64,000 nucleotides of DNA from Camelus dromedarius (lineage: Eukaryota), in assembly GCF_036321535.1 (NCBI RefSeq), contig NC_087436.1:51462001-51526000 (forward strand). Direction: 5' to 3'. A program made the position numbers and the translations under genes. The notes beneath the pieces are model-generated. The model saw only the letters and a program-made list of their open reading frames with translations. It had not been told where the DNA came from and ran no database searches. This document shows, in pieces, positions 13,476-27,200 of this stretch (positions are counted from its first letter, which is position 1; each line of letters starts with the position of its first letter).

Positions 13476-14157
13476 AGACATATATAGAGACATACTCACC
13501 CACTTAAAAAAAATATGTGATATGGCCATGTTTCAATTCCATTTACTATATCTACCTACCAAAGGGTTAAGGAAATCAGAGGGAATATGGAAAAAAGCTG
13601 AATTCTATGTTTACTGAGGTTAGTGTGCGATTAGCTGAAAATCTTTTGCTAGTATTTCTTAAGAAAAGTTCCACTGGCATTTTGGGCAGGCCCATTCTTC
13701 ATCCATCTACTGATGGTCAGTAAAACTCTTTTGGCATTAAAACAAGTTCCCCTCTTTTCCCAAACACCCCTAGGAGGTACTTGAAAAACCTCTGTGAAGA
13801 TCTTAGACAAACTGCATTTTCTTTTAAGGAAACATTTTCACCTTTTCACATGATATTTTCCTACAGCAATTTTAGTTAGCTGCTTTTGAACTGTTATGGA
13901 TTTATATTGCTTTGCCTCTGCCCACCTGTCTCCTTCTCCCTTTCAGCCTTCCGGGCTGTGTGTGTGTCTGACTTCACCTCGGGCACTTTAGCCGTCCCTC
14001 CCCATGGGAAGGACTCTACACCTCTGCAGCCCCGACAGCAAAATGTAACATGATAGGATTAATCTAGCACTCAGATTGTTTCTTCATCTTGATTTGTACC
14101 ATTGAGGGATTCAGAAAAATCTAATCATAGAAAGAGAATTAAAATAAAATGAACCCT

Positions 14158-14622
14158 TGTATTAGGGTTCTCCGGAGAACAGAATCAATGGGATGTATCC
14201 ATGTAAAGATATTTATTATAAGGAACTGGCTCACATGATTATAGACGCTGGCAACCCCAAGACTGACCTGTGAGACAGCAAGCTGGAAACCCAGGAGAGC
14301 CACTGATGTAGTTCCAGTTTGAAGGTCAGCAGACTTGAGACCCAGAAAGAACTGATGTTTCAATCTGAGTCCAAAGGCAGGAAAAGCTGATGTCCCAGTT
14401 CAAAGGAAAGTCAAGTCTTTTTGTTTTATTCAGGCCTTAAACTGATTGGACAACCCCTACCTCTCAACACACACACTATGGAGAGCAACCTGCTTTACTC
14501 AGTCTGTTGATTCAAATGTTAATCTCACCCAAAAACACCCTCATAAAAGCACCCATTTGCTGTTTGATCAAATGTCTAGGCACCCCAAGTTCCAGTCAAG
14601 TTAATGTAAAATAACCATCACA
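14158..14622 (-). mobile_element. ERVL solo LTR (MLT2B/C-like)
   Basis: Plus strand runs tgtattagggttctcc...aagttaatgtaaaataaccatcaca, the reverse complement of the MLT2 consensus start TGTGATGGTT...ACTTGACTGG. Confidence 0.85.
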
Positions 14623-14959
14623 ATACTCTTGAGAACAAATAAAACTATAATGATAAAATAGTAAAAAAAAAAAAAAAAAAGAGCAAAGGATAGCGGCAGA
14701 AAGTTATATAACAGCCGTTAGATAATTTAATTTGACCTACTAAAACTAGAATTTGGTGTTTTCTTTTTCTGTATTCTTAGAAGCATTTTAGTCCATCGGC
14801 ATAGAACACAGGTGAAATTGAATTTGGACCCAGACTCCCATCTGAGTTGAATCCTACCTGATGTACTGCAGTACTTTAAGGCAGAAAGATCTGTCAGACC
14901 TACAGCAAGATAAGCTGTTAGAGAACACAGCACAAAAAGGCTGAGTGTGCTTTTCCTCA

Positions 14960-15190
14960 GTACTGAGGAGCAGCCTGGCGCAGTGCTAAAGCATGCGAGA
15001 CAGAGCTACACTGCCCGGGTTCAAGCCTCAGCTCTGCCTCCTAGGACTTGTGTGACTTCAGGCAGTCACCTAACCACTCCGCTTCATTCCCTCACCTGTG
15101 AAATGGGGATAATTAAACAGAACTGTTATCAGACAGCAGTAGAAACAGCTACCAGTTCATAGCAAGTTCTGTGTGGCTTTTTGCTAATTG
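14960..15190 (+). mobile_element. MIR SINE
   Basis: gggttcaagcctcagctctgcc...tgtgtgacttcaggcagtcacctaacc...ctcacctgtgaaatggggataat, the MIR core. Confidence 0.8.
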
Positions 15191-17790
15191 CAATATTTCT
15201 GATTCTTGCACTAACCTGTTCTTTTTTCCAAAGTACTTAACTGCTTGCTAGCAACTGGATACAAGAGGACAGAAAATAAAGAACACTTACTTGTTCCCTT
15301 GTTTCTTGTCTGTCCCCCTACTTAAATGTGAGTTCATGAGAGGAATGACTTCTCTGTCTTACATTACTATAACTATAAAAATATTCAACACAGAGTGCAT
15401 GCTTAATATTTGTAGAAAGCAGTCATTCTTTTATGCAACATATGCATAATATAACATATGTGTACATATATGTGTGTGTAAGAGAGAAAGAGCTTCTGCT
15501 CTGAGACACTAACTGCACTGGGCAGATACAATGGTGAACAAACAGCTACTTTTGTGGAATTTATAGTTCAGTGGGAGACATATTCATTTTATTATGACTG
15601 AAGGGATGTTACAGTTTAGCCTGTTTAAGAAAAAATTAATATTATTTTCTATTAAATTCCCACACATATCAATACGTAACTATAAACTCCGATATACTCT
15701 CGCCAGTGTGATAAACAGTGTTATAGATTCTAGGCTTGAATTTATTAATATATCATATAAATGAATAATTTTGTTATGAAGACATCATGAAATCGAATAC
15801 TAAATGGAAATTTATATTTATAACATGTGATATTGAGCATGCTGTAATAAATTTCTATTCTTTTTTATAACTAGAGTTCAAGTGCATTTTATTCTTTAAT
15901 TAGAAATATTCACACCTTTTATCACTTTCTGAAATAACTTTATTGGATTATTCATTTACTATCTCTCCACAACCAGCTAGAATTTAAGCAACAGGAAGGG
16001 CTTCCAACAGTGGCTAAATGTTGCTAGATGTGAATCTCTATTACTCAAATTACTGCCACTTAAATTTTTCTGGGAATTGAAGTCCTCTCCTGACTTAATA
16101 AGTAAAAGACAGATTAAAAATAAAACATAATAAACATTCATTTTATTATGATTGAAGGGATGTTACAGTTGAACTTCTTTAAGAAAAAAATTTGATAAAT
16201 ATTATTTTCTATATTTACTTCAGGAGTCATTCTTAAATAAGAAAGAAAAAATTCATAGTATGGAATATTCATGTGTCATATATGTATATTTTTAATTTGC
16301 AAAGACTTTATTAAAATAATTCACATGCAAAGTGATTGAAATATTAAAATATGTTCATGAGGAAGTTAAAAACTGTGATAATAATACTAAAAATATCACT
16401 AAAGCTTTACAAATTCCAAAGACCTTTCATATCTATATTTTGAATCTTATGACATTCTGATATTTGATGAAGTAGATTACAGAGAGAAATAAAAGAACAG
16501 AGTTTGGTCTTTTCCCCTTCCCTCCCTAACAATCCTAGCAGATTAGATACAGAATGAGTGCTCAGTAAACATTTGAGAATAATTATGATGATAATATAAT
16601 AATGAGGCTGACATTCTATTTAGGAGCATAATCTGGACATAAGGTTAGAGTTTCAAAAAAAGAACATCTAAGAAGATTGGCGGTGAGGACCTAGCTCACT
16701 CACTGAGTATTATTCAACTTAGAGCACGCTGACTCCCTTTGTGCTGATGCAAAACCCATTTCCTTTTTCTTCCACTCAAAGTCCACGCTCGAATTGGAAG
16801 GAATCATTCTAATCATTACAGAACTCATTCAGTAAGACTCTTAAGTTTGAGATTCTTATTTTTGTGGCTTGACATCTTTTTTGGAGGTCATTTGATGAAA
16901 ATTCTGGCTCCCCAGTTCACTCACTGTCCAACTTATGAGTCTCAGTTTCCCAAAATGTAAAATAAGTAGCAGTTTCTCAGACTAATGGAGAATGCAGAAT
17001 GAGGGAATGTGAATAAAGCTTCCATCCCAATGAATTACGTAACTTGTCCTCAACAAATATTCAGCTCCCAGCCCTCCACATACCCATAGCGCTATTATAA
17101 TCGAGCTGCAGGCTTGTTCAGCAACGCAGTCCAATACTGCAGTAATGAATCAGATTGCTCGGATAATTGGCATTCTCCCCACCAAATGCAAGATTGATAG
17201 ATTCAATATAAATCTATGCAGTTACCCTTTCCTGTGAAATGGATTAATTGGCTTACTGATGTCTTAATGAGAGCCAGATTTGAATAAGTGGACTCGGCAC
17301 TATTGAGAAAAGCAAATTAAACACTAATAAAGGGAGAAATGTGCTTGCTTAGGCTGAAGTCTCAGACATGGGGATCAAATCTAGGTTTTGAGTGTGAGAT
17401 TTGTCAACGTGAGTGGATATTAATGTCTGACAGATGAAAATGCTGATTTTTTTCCTCCTGAAAGTTCACTTTCTCTCCAAGACACTCATACCACTTGCAA
17501 GCTACAGTGTGTCTCTTCCCCTAAAAGATTTTCATCAAGGATTCCTAACCACTTGTCAGAAAATCATGTCTGATGTAGAACCATGCTTCACTCTTGTTTC
17601 CACAAACAGCTAATAAGACATATTTGGGACAAACTAGAGTAAAACATTCATCAGATTTGTTCCCAAAGTACCACAGAGGTCTTGCTTCCTTAGAAAATTT
17701 TCTTTCTCTCTTCTGCCAGTAAATCATTGTTCCATCTTTTCAATATTTAAAAGACTTTTTATTATGATTAATGTTGAAGGAGAAATACAG

Positions 17791-17842
17791 GTATATATAT
17801 ATTTACATATGTGTATATGTATGTATACACACACACACACAC
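17791..17842. repeat. Compound (TA)n/(TG)n/(CA)n microsatellite
   Basis: gtatatatatatttacatatgtgtatatgtatgtatacacacacacacacac. Confidence 0.8.
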
Positions 17843-17999
17843 AAATATACATTCACACATAGTATTCGTATTGGTATCTTTCTTGTCCTGTTTAGCCAAC
17901 ACAAAAGTCTTTTGTCGGCACTTTTCCTCTTTTTCAGAAGCATTAATTTTTCTCTCTCTATTGGTCATTCCCATTAACTTTCAAGCATGTAATTCTTTT

Positions 18000-18390
18000 C
18001 AGTCTTTAATGAAAACCAAGTATCTCTCTTGACCCCGTTTTCCCTACTAGCTACGACACCTTTTCTCTGCTTACCTTTAAACCTCTAAGAATTGCCCTAT
18101 GCTCATTATTCCCCAATCCCACACCTCCTTTTCTCACATGACCTTCTAATCAAGTCAAGGCTTTCTCACCTCTCCCACCTCTCTGACAGACACTCCCCTA
18201 CCCTCAGCCCACACTCCACAAACTGCTCTTGACAGGTACACTGCTAAGCCCGAAGGCTGATTCTCTATCCTTATCTTAGTTGACCTGTCAGTAGCACTGG
18301 ACACAGATGACCACTTCCTCCTCGGTCAAGTTTTGTTTTCACTTGACTATCAGATCGATAGATTTCCTGATGTCTCTTCCTCCTCTATCC
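18000..18390 (+). mobile_element. L2 internal fragment
   Basis: ccttatcttagttgacctgtcagtagcactggacacagatgaccacttcctcctc resembles the L2 RT-region LDLSAAFDTVDH motif. Confidence 0.7.
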
Positions 18391-21300
18391 ACATGTAGTC
18401 TGACCTTGGAGATTACATCTAATGTAATTTGACCTTGGAGAGACCTTTATTTAAATTTAAAGTAGAAACCATGCCACAATACCAGTAGGAATGTATATAC
18501 CCAGTCTACAGAGTTATACTGAACATCCTTTCCCATCCTCAAGCATCAAGAACGACTGAAATTCAAAGCCAGTTAATAAAGAACTTCCAAAAGTGGTATC
18601 TATCCAATGAAATTTTAATTAATTTGCCTTTGCATACTTTTATTCTAAAAGCATAATGCCACTGTGTTTATTTCATGAGGTCCACTCTTTAAAGCTACGA
18701 TGTCAATATTGATTGCTCTAATTAACATTAGTGATTAATTTTGTACTTCACTGAAATTGCATTTCCTTTTGACCAGCAGGCCTGTAAGTGACAGCTCTAG
18801 ACTATTTTGTTCTACACAAACTAACTGGTTTGAAAAAAGCCAGAGAAAACAAAAGTTATGTTTGGAAAGTTTCTGAGAAATTAGAAATCTAAGGATTATA
18901 AAAACGTAGGGCTCCATGGGACTTTAAAGACCATTTAGCCATCATATGCAGGAGTGTGACCCTTTTTAAGATACCGGAGACCACCAGCATCTGAAGCAAG
19001 TATGAAGTATAATGAATTATCTCTTTAGAATGAGATAGTTTCAACTTTGAAAAAAAATTTTTAAATGACACATTAATGATCTCAACTGGAGAAGAAATGT
19101 AAGCACGTATATACTGTTTCCTTCTATTACTTTCATGAATTGACTTGTTACCTGTGAGTATTCAATTAAGTTTAACTTAATAAGGATTAAAATCAGTACG
19201 CACTGAGCCAATAGGTAATCAAAATAGTATTCTTGCTTGTCCTTATAGACCATGGCTGCATTCTAAGCAGCTATGGTATATGGAACAATGAAGATCAGAG
19301 AAGAGATATAAATTCTTCCAAAATTGGCATTTGCTGTGGCTCAATTTGCCATAAAGTCTGAGATTAGGACAGTGGGACATGGGCTTAAATGGAGACTAAG
19401 GGGCTTTTAGTGAATACAAAGAATTCTTTCCAAAAATGGAGGATACATAAATATTTAAACAAATATGCAAGATAGATCTCATTCAGGAATGAAATCACGA
19501 CCTCTTGAAAGGCTAAGATTTTTCTCTGCCTGGGATGATGAGGTGTGACTTCTCAGGGGTCAGTTGTTGCTAGAACAAAGTGCCCTTTAGGGCTTATCAA
19601 AAGAATCATTAATTCTTAAAACAATTTTTTAAAACAGTAAAGCATTTTAAAATACTGATTATACACCTGGGGTTAAAATTTTTTCTTCACAATTAAGAAA
19701 CAAAGGAGACAAAACAGACCTTGGAATAAGGAGGATGAAAATTTCTCTATCATGAGAAATGTGTGTATACACTTTTGGGTGAAAAGATAGCATATCTGAT
19801 GTAGAAAACCTGAATCATGGAAATAATAACATGGCACCTTTTCAAAAAGGAACTATATTTGTATTACAAAATCTTTGCTTTCTTGGGATTAATCAAGAGT
19901 TAATTTCACTTGGGGTGATATAAACTGATAATGCAATAATCTGTTTACATGTGTGAGTTGAGGGGGGAAAAACACGCAAGGATCTTGCTTTTCCAAGGGT
20001 GCTTGCCCCAATACCTCCTGCAAATAAATGTACTGCCAGGGAGACTATCTGGGTCTGACCTGACCAGCCAACTACCGGACCCTTGCTGCTTCTGTTTCCT
20101 TCTGTGTGGAAGCAGAATAAGAACCTGGGAAAACTTTTTCAGGATTATATCCTGTGTGTATATAAAGAGAAAGTATACAGACATTGTTAGCTCTTCTAGG
20201 AACTGTATGAAAATATGAATCATTTATAACGTAGCAACACAGTGGAAACCAGCAGCTGTGGCATCTGTGAATAGTTCTTGCTGAGAATTGCTTGACTCTG
20301 TTACACCAAACTAATACCATTTCAGGGGAAGACTATTTTAAGCAGTGACATACACTGGGCTTAGTGGCCAAGAGAAATGTCTTTCCTGAGAAAATCTGTA
20401 AAGAGATAATTAAAAATCAAGTATTTTTCTCAGAGTAGGCAGGGCCACCACGGACAGCTTACCCACTTCCTCTGTGCTACAAACATCGGTTTCTTTCTTT
20501 CCCCTGTCCCCCCAGTCTTCCTCTTTCTCTTTTTACCCCACACACTTTTCCTCTGATTTTAGAGCTCAGTGGGCATGTTTTAGGCAAGTTCTAAAATCAA
20601 CACAATGCGAATTTTTGTTCTAGTATATTTGCAATTTCTAAAACCTAAGGCATATAGATAAGACTTTAATGAATAATTAGCAAACTTGATTTGGCAGCAT
20701 GTGTATCAGGCAACCCGTCAATTGACTAGATTTTTCACTTTTGAATCAGTTATCACACTGAATCCACATCAAATAAGTCATTAGGCAAAATCTCCTCTTT
20801 GTGGTAATTTTTGCCTAGGCTCAAATATTATCAAACAGGACATGGTGTGATTAAATAAACATTATTGTTAAGTGCTCTTAAATGGCACAATTTCTCTTTC
20901 TTTTCCTCAAATCAGTCACAGATTACTTGCTAGAAGTAAGTATCAGTCTTGTAAGAAGGTATTAAATCTAAACTAGGGTTAACAAATTTTTATCAAGGAA
21001 CATTCCTTCTAGTCCTAAAGTCAGAGAATTCTAAGAGATCCAAAGCAGAGATGCTCAACAGGGATGCAGTGATTGCTCTGTCCCCAAGGAGGGAAACTCA
21101 GCTACTTCCCTCCTCCTTAGACTTGGCACTTACAGCCATTTTGGGGGCCGTCCTTGGCGCTGTGACCCGTATACACCAAAATCTGTTATTTCGCACCTGA
21201 TAAGCATCATTTGGGGTTTCTAACTTGTTCAAAAGCTCTTACACTTTTCAGGTAGGGCCATGGCTGCTTTTTGGCACAGATGTTGGAGTTTTCTGTGATT

Positions 21301-24289
21301 CCTCTCTGATGATCATTTTGAGTAAGTGAAGGCAAACAATCCAAGGAGTAACCTTTTGGGTTTATCTCCAAAAAGATTCATCTCCTATTATATTTCTACT
21401 AAAAACTAGGTTATCAGGTTTACAAGGAGTATGTAGTAACACATAAAATAGTTAGTTACAATTTTAAATTAGAATGGCAGACCACAAAATGTTTTTTACA
21501 ATACAACAAATTCATATGAATAATATGGAGCAAATATATGTCTCCCAACAGTTGACATCAGGATTCTTCTTGAGGATAAAGAGAACTTCCTCTGAATTCC
21601 TTGGCAAATTGTTTGAAGAAGGAAAATGATACTTTAAAGACATAAACGCACAAGAAAGAAATAAGATGACCGCACTTCTGAGAGTCTACAAGAGCACAGA
21701 AACAAGGTCTGTGTGGAGGCAGGATTAGGAGGCAAAAAGGCTGATCATTATGCATGAAGGTTAACGCCAAGATCACTGCTGCAGTGAAGCTCCCTCCATG
21801 GCCCTAAATCTTCACTGAAATTTGCTGTTCACACAGAGGTCTCTGTGTGGGAATCTTGGGAAAAGGTCAACAGTGTCTGGGAACTGGGAGAACTAGAGGG
21901 CATCCAGAACCCGGAATTACACAACAGAAGCTAAAGCATGCAGCCAGGCGCTCTTAGGAAAGACATAAGAAAGCTCTTACTCTAAAAGTCCTAGGGATAA
22001 TTAGAATCTGACAGGCTTCTAGCTAAATAATGGGGTTTGGGACATTTAAATTTATTTAAATTTCCAAACCTGAATGTAAGGAAACACGTTTAAAGTGGTT
22101 ATTTCTAGAACATGGAATTATAAACAACCTCTGTATTTCTCTGTATTTTCCAAATATTCTAAATTAACAAGGATTATTTTTAAATTAAAGGAAAAATGTA
22201 AACGGATGCATTTTCTCATTGAAAATTACCAAATATGAAATTTATTTATTTCTGTATCACTGTTGGTTTATGAATGCTACACAAAAGTAAGTAGGCATTC
22301 AGTTCTACATACTTATCATGGATTTCTGTCTTCTGTATTCTCTGTCCAGATTGCATGCCCAGACTTAGATATATAAAAAGGTGGAGAGGACCTCTGTATA
22401 ATCAATCAGATTGAAGTCTATAAAGGAAAAAAAAAATCTCACCTTGGCATAGATAAGCAATCCACTAATAAGAGATTTCTGATCTAGTGAGACCTTGAAA
22501 ATGTAGATGTTGATTTAGAAGTGGCATTCTTATCCTAATCATTTTAAGAAAAGAGAATAAAATCTGTCATTTCCCAGAAATTAAAATGGATGTACAGCCA
22601 TACATTGTTGTTCATAAAATATCAATTTGTTTATAGATTGAAGTTGAATATATATATAAAGAATAAAGAATAAGAGCCACATTAAATTCTTAGAATGCAC
22701 GTATATAATATGGCAGGAGAAGCAAAACAGACCTTTGGCAGATGTTCAGCTACCTTGATTATTACTAGATACAAGTTATTACAATTAAATTTATTTTCAA
22801 AAATTTTACTTTTATTATTACCAATAATAATTTGGGCTATAATAACAATAATAATTCCTTTAAATGCATCTGCTGTTTTTCTCTCTCAGTTGGTGCGTGC
22901 AGGGGTGTGTGTGTGTATGTCTTACAAGGTGCTTTATTTTATATTCTGCATCAAATCAGAGACACCGATAAATTGAAGTCTCCTTTTTTCTTCCTGTTCT
23001 ATGTTATTCTTTCTCTCCCTTGAGGTGATAATGACATATATTTAGAAAAGAAAATCATTCCACAAAAAGAGTAGACTAAAGGAATGAAAAGCATCTCAAT
23101 TTATTCATTGTATTTTCACTTTTATTATTGGTAAAAAAGATTTCCCTATTGCTTGAGTTTTAAAATACCTACCATACATATGTGTATAAGCTCTTTTAGA
23201 CTCTAAAACAGGATTTCTTGTTATATATTTTACTAAAATCCCATATTAAATGTTAAAGCATTAAAAAAATTGATTCATGATCCTCCCGAGGTCACTACCA
23301 TACACAAGTCAAAAGATAATGTATAGTTTATGAAAAAAATCACATAGCATGACTCAGTTTTCTGGTCCAAGACTCTGAGGTAACATGTGCTCTGCCTTCT
23401 CCCCACAACTGCACATTCCATTCCTTTCACCCACATGCATCCTTCATGTTTCTCCATTAAGTGCTTCTTACTTCAAATTCTGTCTATGATTTATCTTGTT
23501 AGGAAAAATTCCACATGATTTCAACTGTTCCAATTATAATACTACCTTCCATTTCAGGGTCTTTTAATATTTATGAAGCTGTTTTGGACACTTTTATGTT
23601 CATCTATTTCATCATGTTCTGGGACACTCGTGATCACTTTGACATGAGCAATTTCAGCACCAGTGAGCCTTTCTTTGGCCTGAGGTACTTTGCTCACAGA
23701 GTACACTGCCACCAAGGGGCTTCAGCCGTAAGCATTCATGATTTAGGGAGTGAGGTTATTGCCTATTTTTCCTTTTACAGAGAAATATCCTTTTTCTGTT
23801 AAATGAAAATGTAATTACAGTCAGGAATGGGATTCATGTTTCCCTACCAACCCCATAACTGCTGTTTTCCAGACAAGTCTTCTAAGTCTAAACAGAAATG
23901 ACCACATGCTACTCCACTTGACATTGTTTCATTTAAATACAATATGCTATAATACAGGCTAAGTGTCAATTTACTTCTTACATAAGTGCACTGAGGGAAA
24001 AAGTCTTAGTAACTGTTACTGAAAGTCACATTTTGAAATCAAAATAGTTAAAGAAAAATATTAAAAACCACTATTTATATATATTTTCCAGCCGAATTTA
24101 AGCCCTCGCACGTAGGGACAGCTTTCTGTCCTCTTTGGTTCCTGGGCTCCAATGCTTGTAATCATTTTTTTTTCCAATATAAAGTTCAACAGAATTATCA
24201 ATCTATTTGTGTATTACCAGAACAGAAATACTGAAGATGAAGAATAAAAGATAATACGTTAATAGTATTTGATTTTAAGGAAGGAAGAA

Positions 24290-24520
24290 GTGTGCAGTAG
24301 TTTAAAAAAGCATTAAGTAGAACTAAGTTGGGCTTAGATGAGAAATACAGCTCTGCCTGATTAGTGCGTAACCCCAAACAAATGACAGTCTTAGTTTAAA
24401 TTCCCGATCTGTAAAATGGGACTAAAAATATCTAATTCACACAGATTAGTGATAACAGTCTAATGCAAAAGCACCAAGCATAGCATCTGACACAGAAGCA
24501 CTGAGTAAAAGCTAGCTTGG
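24290..24520 (+). mobile_element. MIR SINE, decayed
   Basis: cagctctgcc...atctgtaaaatgggactaaaaatatctaattcacacag...aaaagcaccaagcatagcatctgacacagaagcactgagtaaa. Confidence 0.65.
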
Positions 24521-25589
24521 TGTCTCTTCTTCCTTGTCCTTCCTTGAGTCAGATCTATATGGAACAAAAAGAATGAGTTTGAGCTGGGTGAACTGTAACA
24601 TGCGTTTCAAGTTATGTTACAGGAACAAGGCCACTAATCTCAGGCATCTTAAATAAGTACACTTACTATGAGCAGCCAATTCATAATTTCATGGCAAATA
24701 TTCACAATCAGGAAAAGCCAAAATGGCCTCCATTCTGATCTTTTTTATTTTCATAGTTGTATATTTTCAGGTGAATGTTCTTTAAGACTTTCCCTAATCG
24801 ATAGTATTTAAAATCCCACTATTTAAAAGCATTCATTTAAATCATTCACAATAATTATGCTACTAGTCAGCAGATGCAATGACTAGTATATCGTCCTGCT
24901 TAGTAACTGTTCACTAACATAACTTACTAAATGGACAATAACAAATATAAAACGAAACTGCTTATTTCTCTGATATTCAAAGAGAAGTATCTGATCTCTT
25001 TTCCTCCCTTGGCATTTGCAATAATATAACACATAATTTATCAAGTAGTCCTTGCCATGTAAATGCCTACTGTTGTAAAACAGATATTTTACAAATTAGA
25101 AAACTTGCATATCTAGATGTTCTATCTTTAAGAAAGTAAATTTTCATAAGCACAGTATAAAAATAAAATCACAAAATACTTCCAGATATTTAGATAAATG
25201 ATGGTAAATGTGGTGGATAATGTTTTAATGCACTGCATTGGCCTGAATCTATTTCTTAAGGGATAAAAGTTGTTTGTGGAGGATTTGAAGAGAGACTCAA
25301 GAAGATTAAGGGTGGGTATTGACACTAAAACTTTGGAATATTTGCCAAGATCAAAACCACTTGTACTGTGATAATGAACAGCCTCAAATGTCTCTTTCAC
25401 TAATGGTAAGTTCCAGGAAGCTACAAGAATTTTTTTTGGCTTAATGTTTATCCAAGTTTCATTTTCCCATTGTCACTTCCCTTAAAGAACTACAAGAAAA
25501 TAATATTTATTTCTGATCTTGGATAAACTTATCCCAATGACACTTTAAAAATTTTTCCTTAGGATAAGAGTCTTTACTATTGTTATTAT

Positions 25590-27200
25590 TCAATAAACAT
25601 TTATTATCTACAACCTGGAAGATGTGATGTTGGATACTATGAGGAATATGGAGTAAACAGAGCATAATATTTGCTTCCAGGGACTGAAAAGTTAATATAA
25701 TCAACACTGGTTGATTAATTCATCCAACATATAGGTAGCGAACCCACAGTGTTTGCCAAAACTCTGTTAGATATTAGGGATACTGTGGTAAAAGAGATAA
25801 AACTGTCCTTGCCCTCATAGAATAATTCATAATCTACTGGAGAGGCAGAGATGAAAAACAATTAAAGAAAATAAGTAACAATTCATCAGTACTGAGTTTA
25901 AACTATAAAACGTTCCACAGAAGAATGGCTACTCCCTCAGCAACTGAACAACAGAAGAACAATACGTGATTATAGATAACTTTTATCAAGTGCTGTTGTC
26001 AGGCATTCTTGTACAGGTTTTACACGTATTTACATTTACTTGCCATAACATAACGATGGTACCAAAAAAGGTGTTATGATAATCTCCATTTTACAAATGA
26101 GGAAACTGAAGCACAGGGAGATTCAGTGACTTACTCAGGGCACACAGCTAGAACATCACAGAGCCGGTATTTAGACCCAGGTAGGTAGCTGGCTATGTGA
26201 ATGGGTTCTAGGTTAAGGCAGACATATTTTTAGCTGGGTGACTTGGGGCAACATACTATATCTCTGTAAGTCTATTTCCTCATCTGAAAAATAGGAAATG
26301 GTATATGCATCCGAGGCTATCTAATTAGGAGTTGAAAATGACTCTCAAGTTTTAGGCCAAGTCAGTACTGCAGATAATGATGTCATCAACCAGGATGAGG
26401 AAAGAGGGTTATGTGGGTGTGCTGAGATCCAGAGGCCTGTGGCAGATCCATGCAGGCATATTCAGCTTGCAAACTGAAACAGGAACCTTGAGTCAGGAGG
26501 AAGGTGAATGATTTGGCTACCAGTCACAGGGGAAGACTATGCAGAAAGAGCCTTAGCTAATGGGGTAAGAGGAGGGAGTCACAAAAGGTCAGCGGAGGTT
26601 TAGGAAGAGGGAAGGGCCAGGGAAACCAGTGCCAAGGCTTGAGTCAAAGGACATCAGAGAGGAATCCAATAGATCCGATCGACAGTAGATTGTTCATGCC
26701 TTTGAGAGAGCAACTACAGTAGTGGGCTGAATGCAAGGCTTTGATTGCATGGAGGAAAGAAATGAGTGAAATGAAAAGGCATTCTTCCAATTAATTCTGC
26801 TATTGAAAAGAGATCAAAGAGAAAGCAGGATTGTTGGGAGTGTGTGTGTGTGTGCATGTGTGTATTTGAACATGTTTGTTCAGGGAAGAGTCAGTATAAA
26901 GGGAGAGATAAATGATGCAGGAGAAAGAGAGGGTATGACTGATGGTGAGGTCCAAAGTTGATATGAATAACAATAAATCAAAAGAAAATAAAGTGGATAC
27001 AATATCATTTATTGTGGATCTCCTACATGCTTAATGTTTTCCCATTTATTTTGTCAAGTCCTAAAAACACCCTGTAAGGGATTATTTTTACCATGTGCAG
27101 ATAAAGAAACTGAAGCTGAGAGAAAACAAAACGGATGCCCAAGGAGGAAAACTTGGTATTTGATGAAGTTAGCATTCTAATCCAATCTGGCTGAATCCCA
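25590..27200 (-). mobile_element. Cluster of L2 fragments interrupted by MIR elements (MIR at about 25975-26180 minus, 26200-26300 plus, 27000-27200 minus)
   Basis: L2 tails attcaataaacatttatt and ttcatccaacatat; MIR core ctccattttacaaatgaggaaactgaagcacagggag. Confidence 0.7.
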
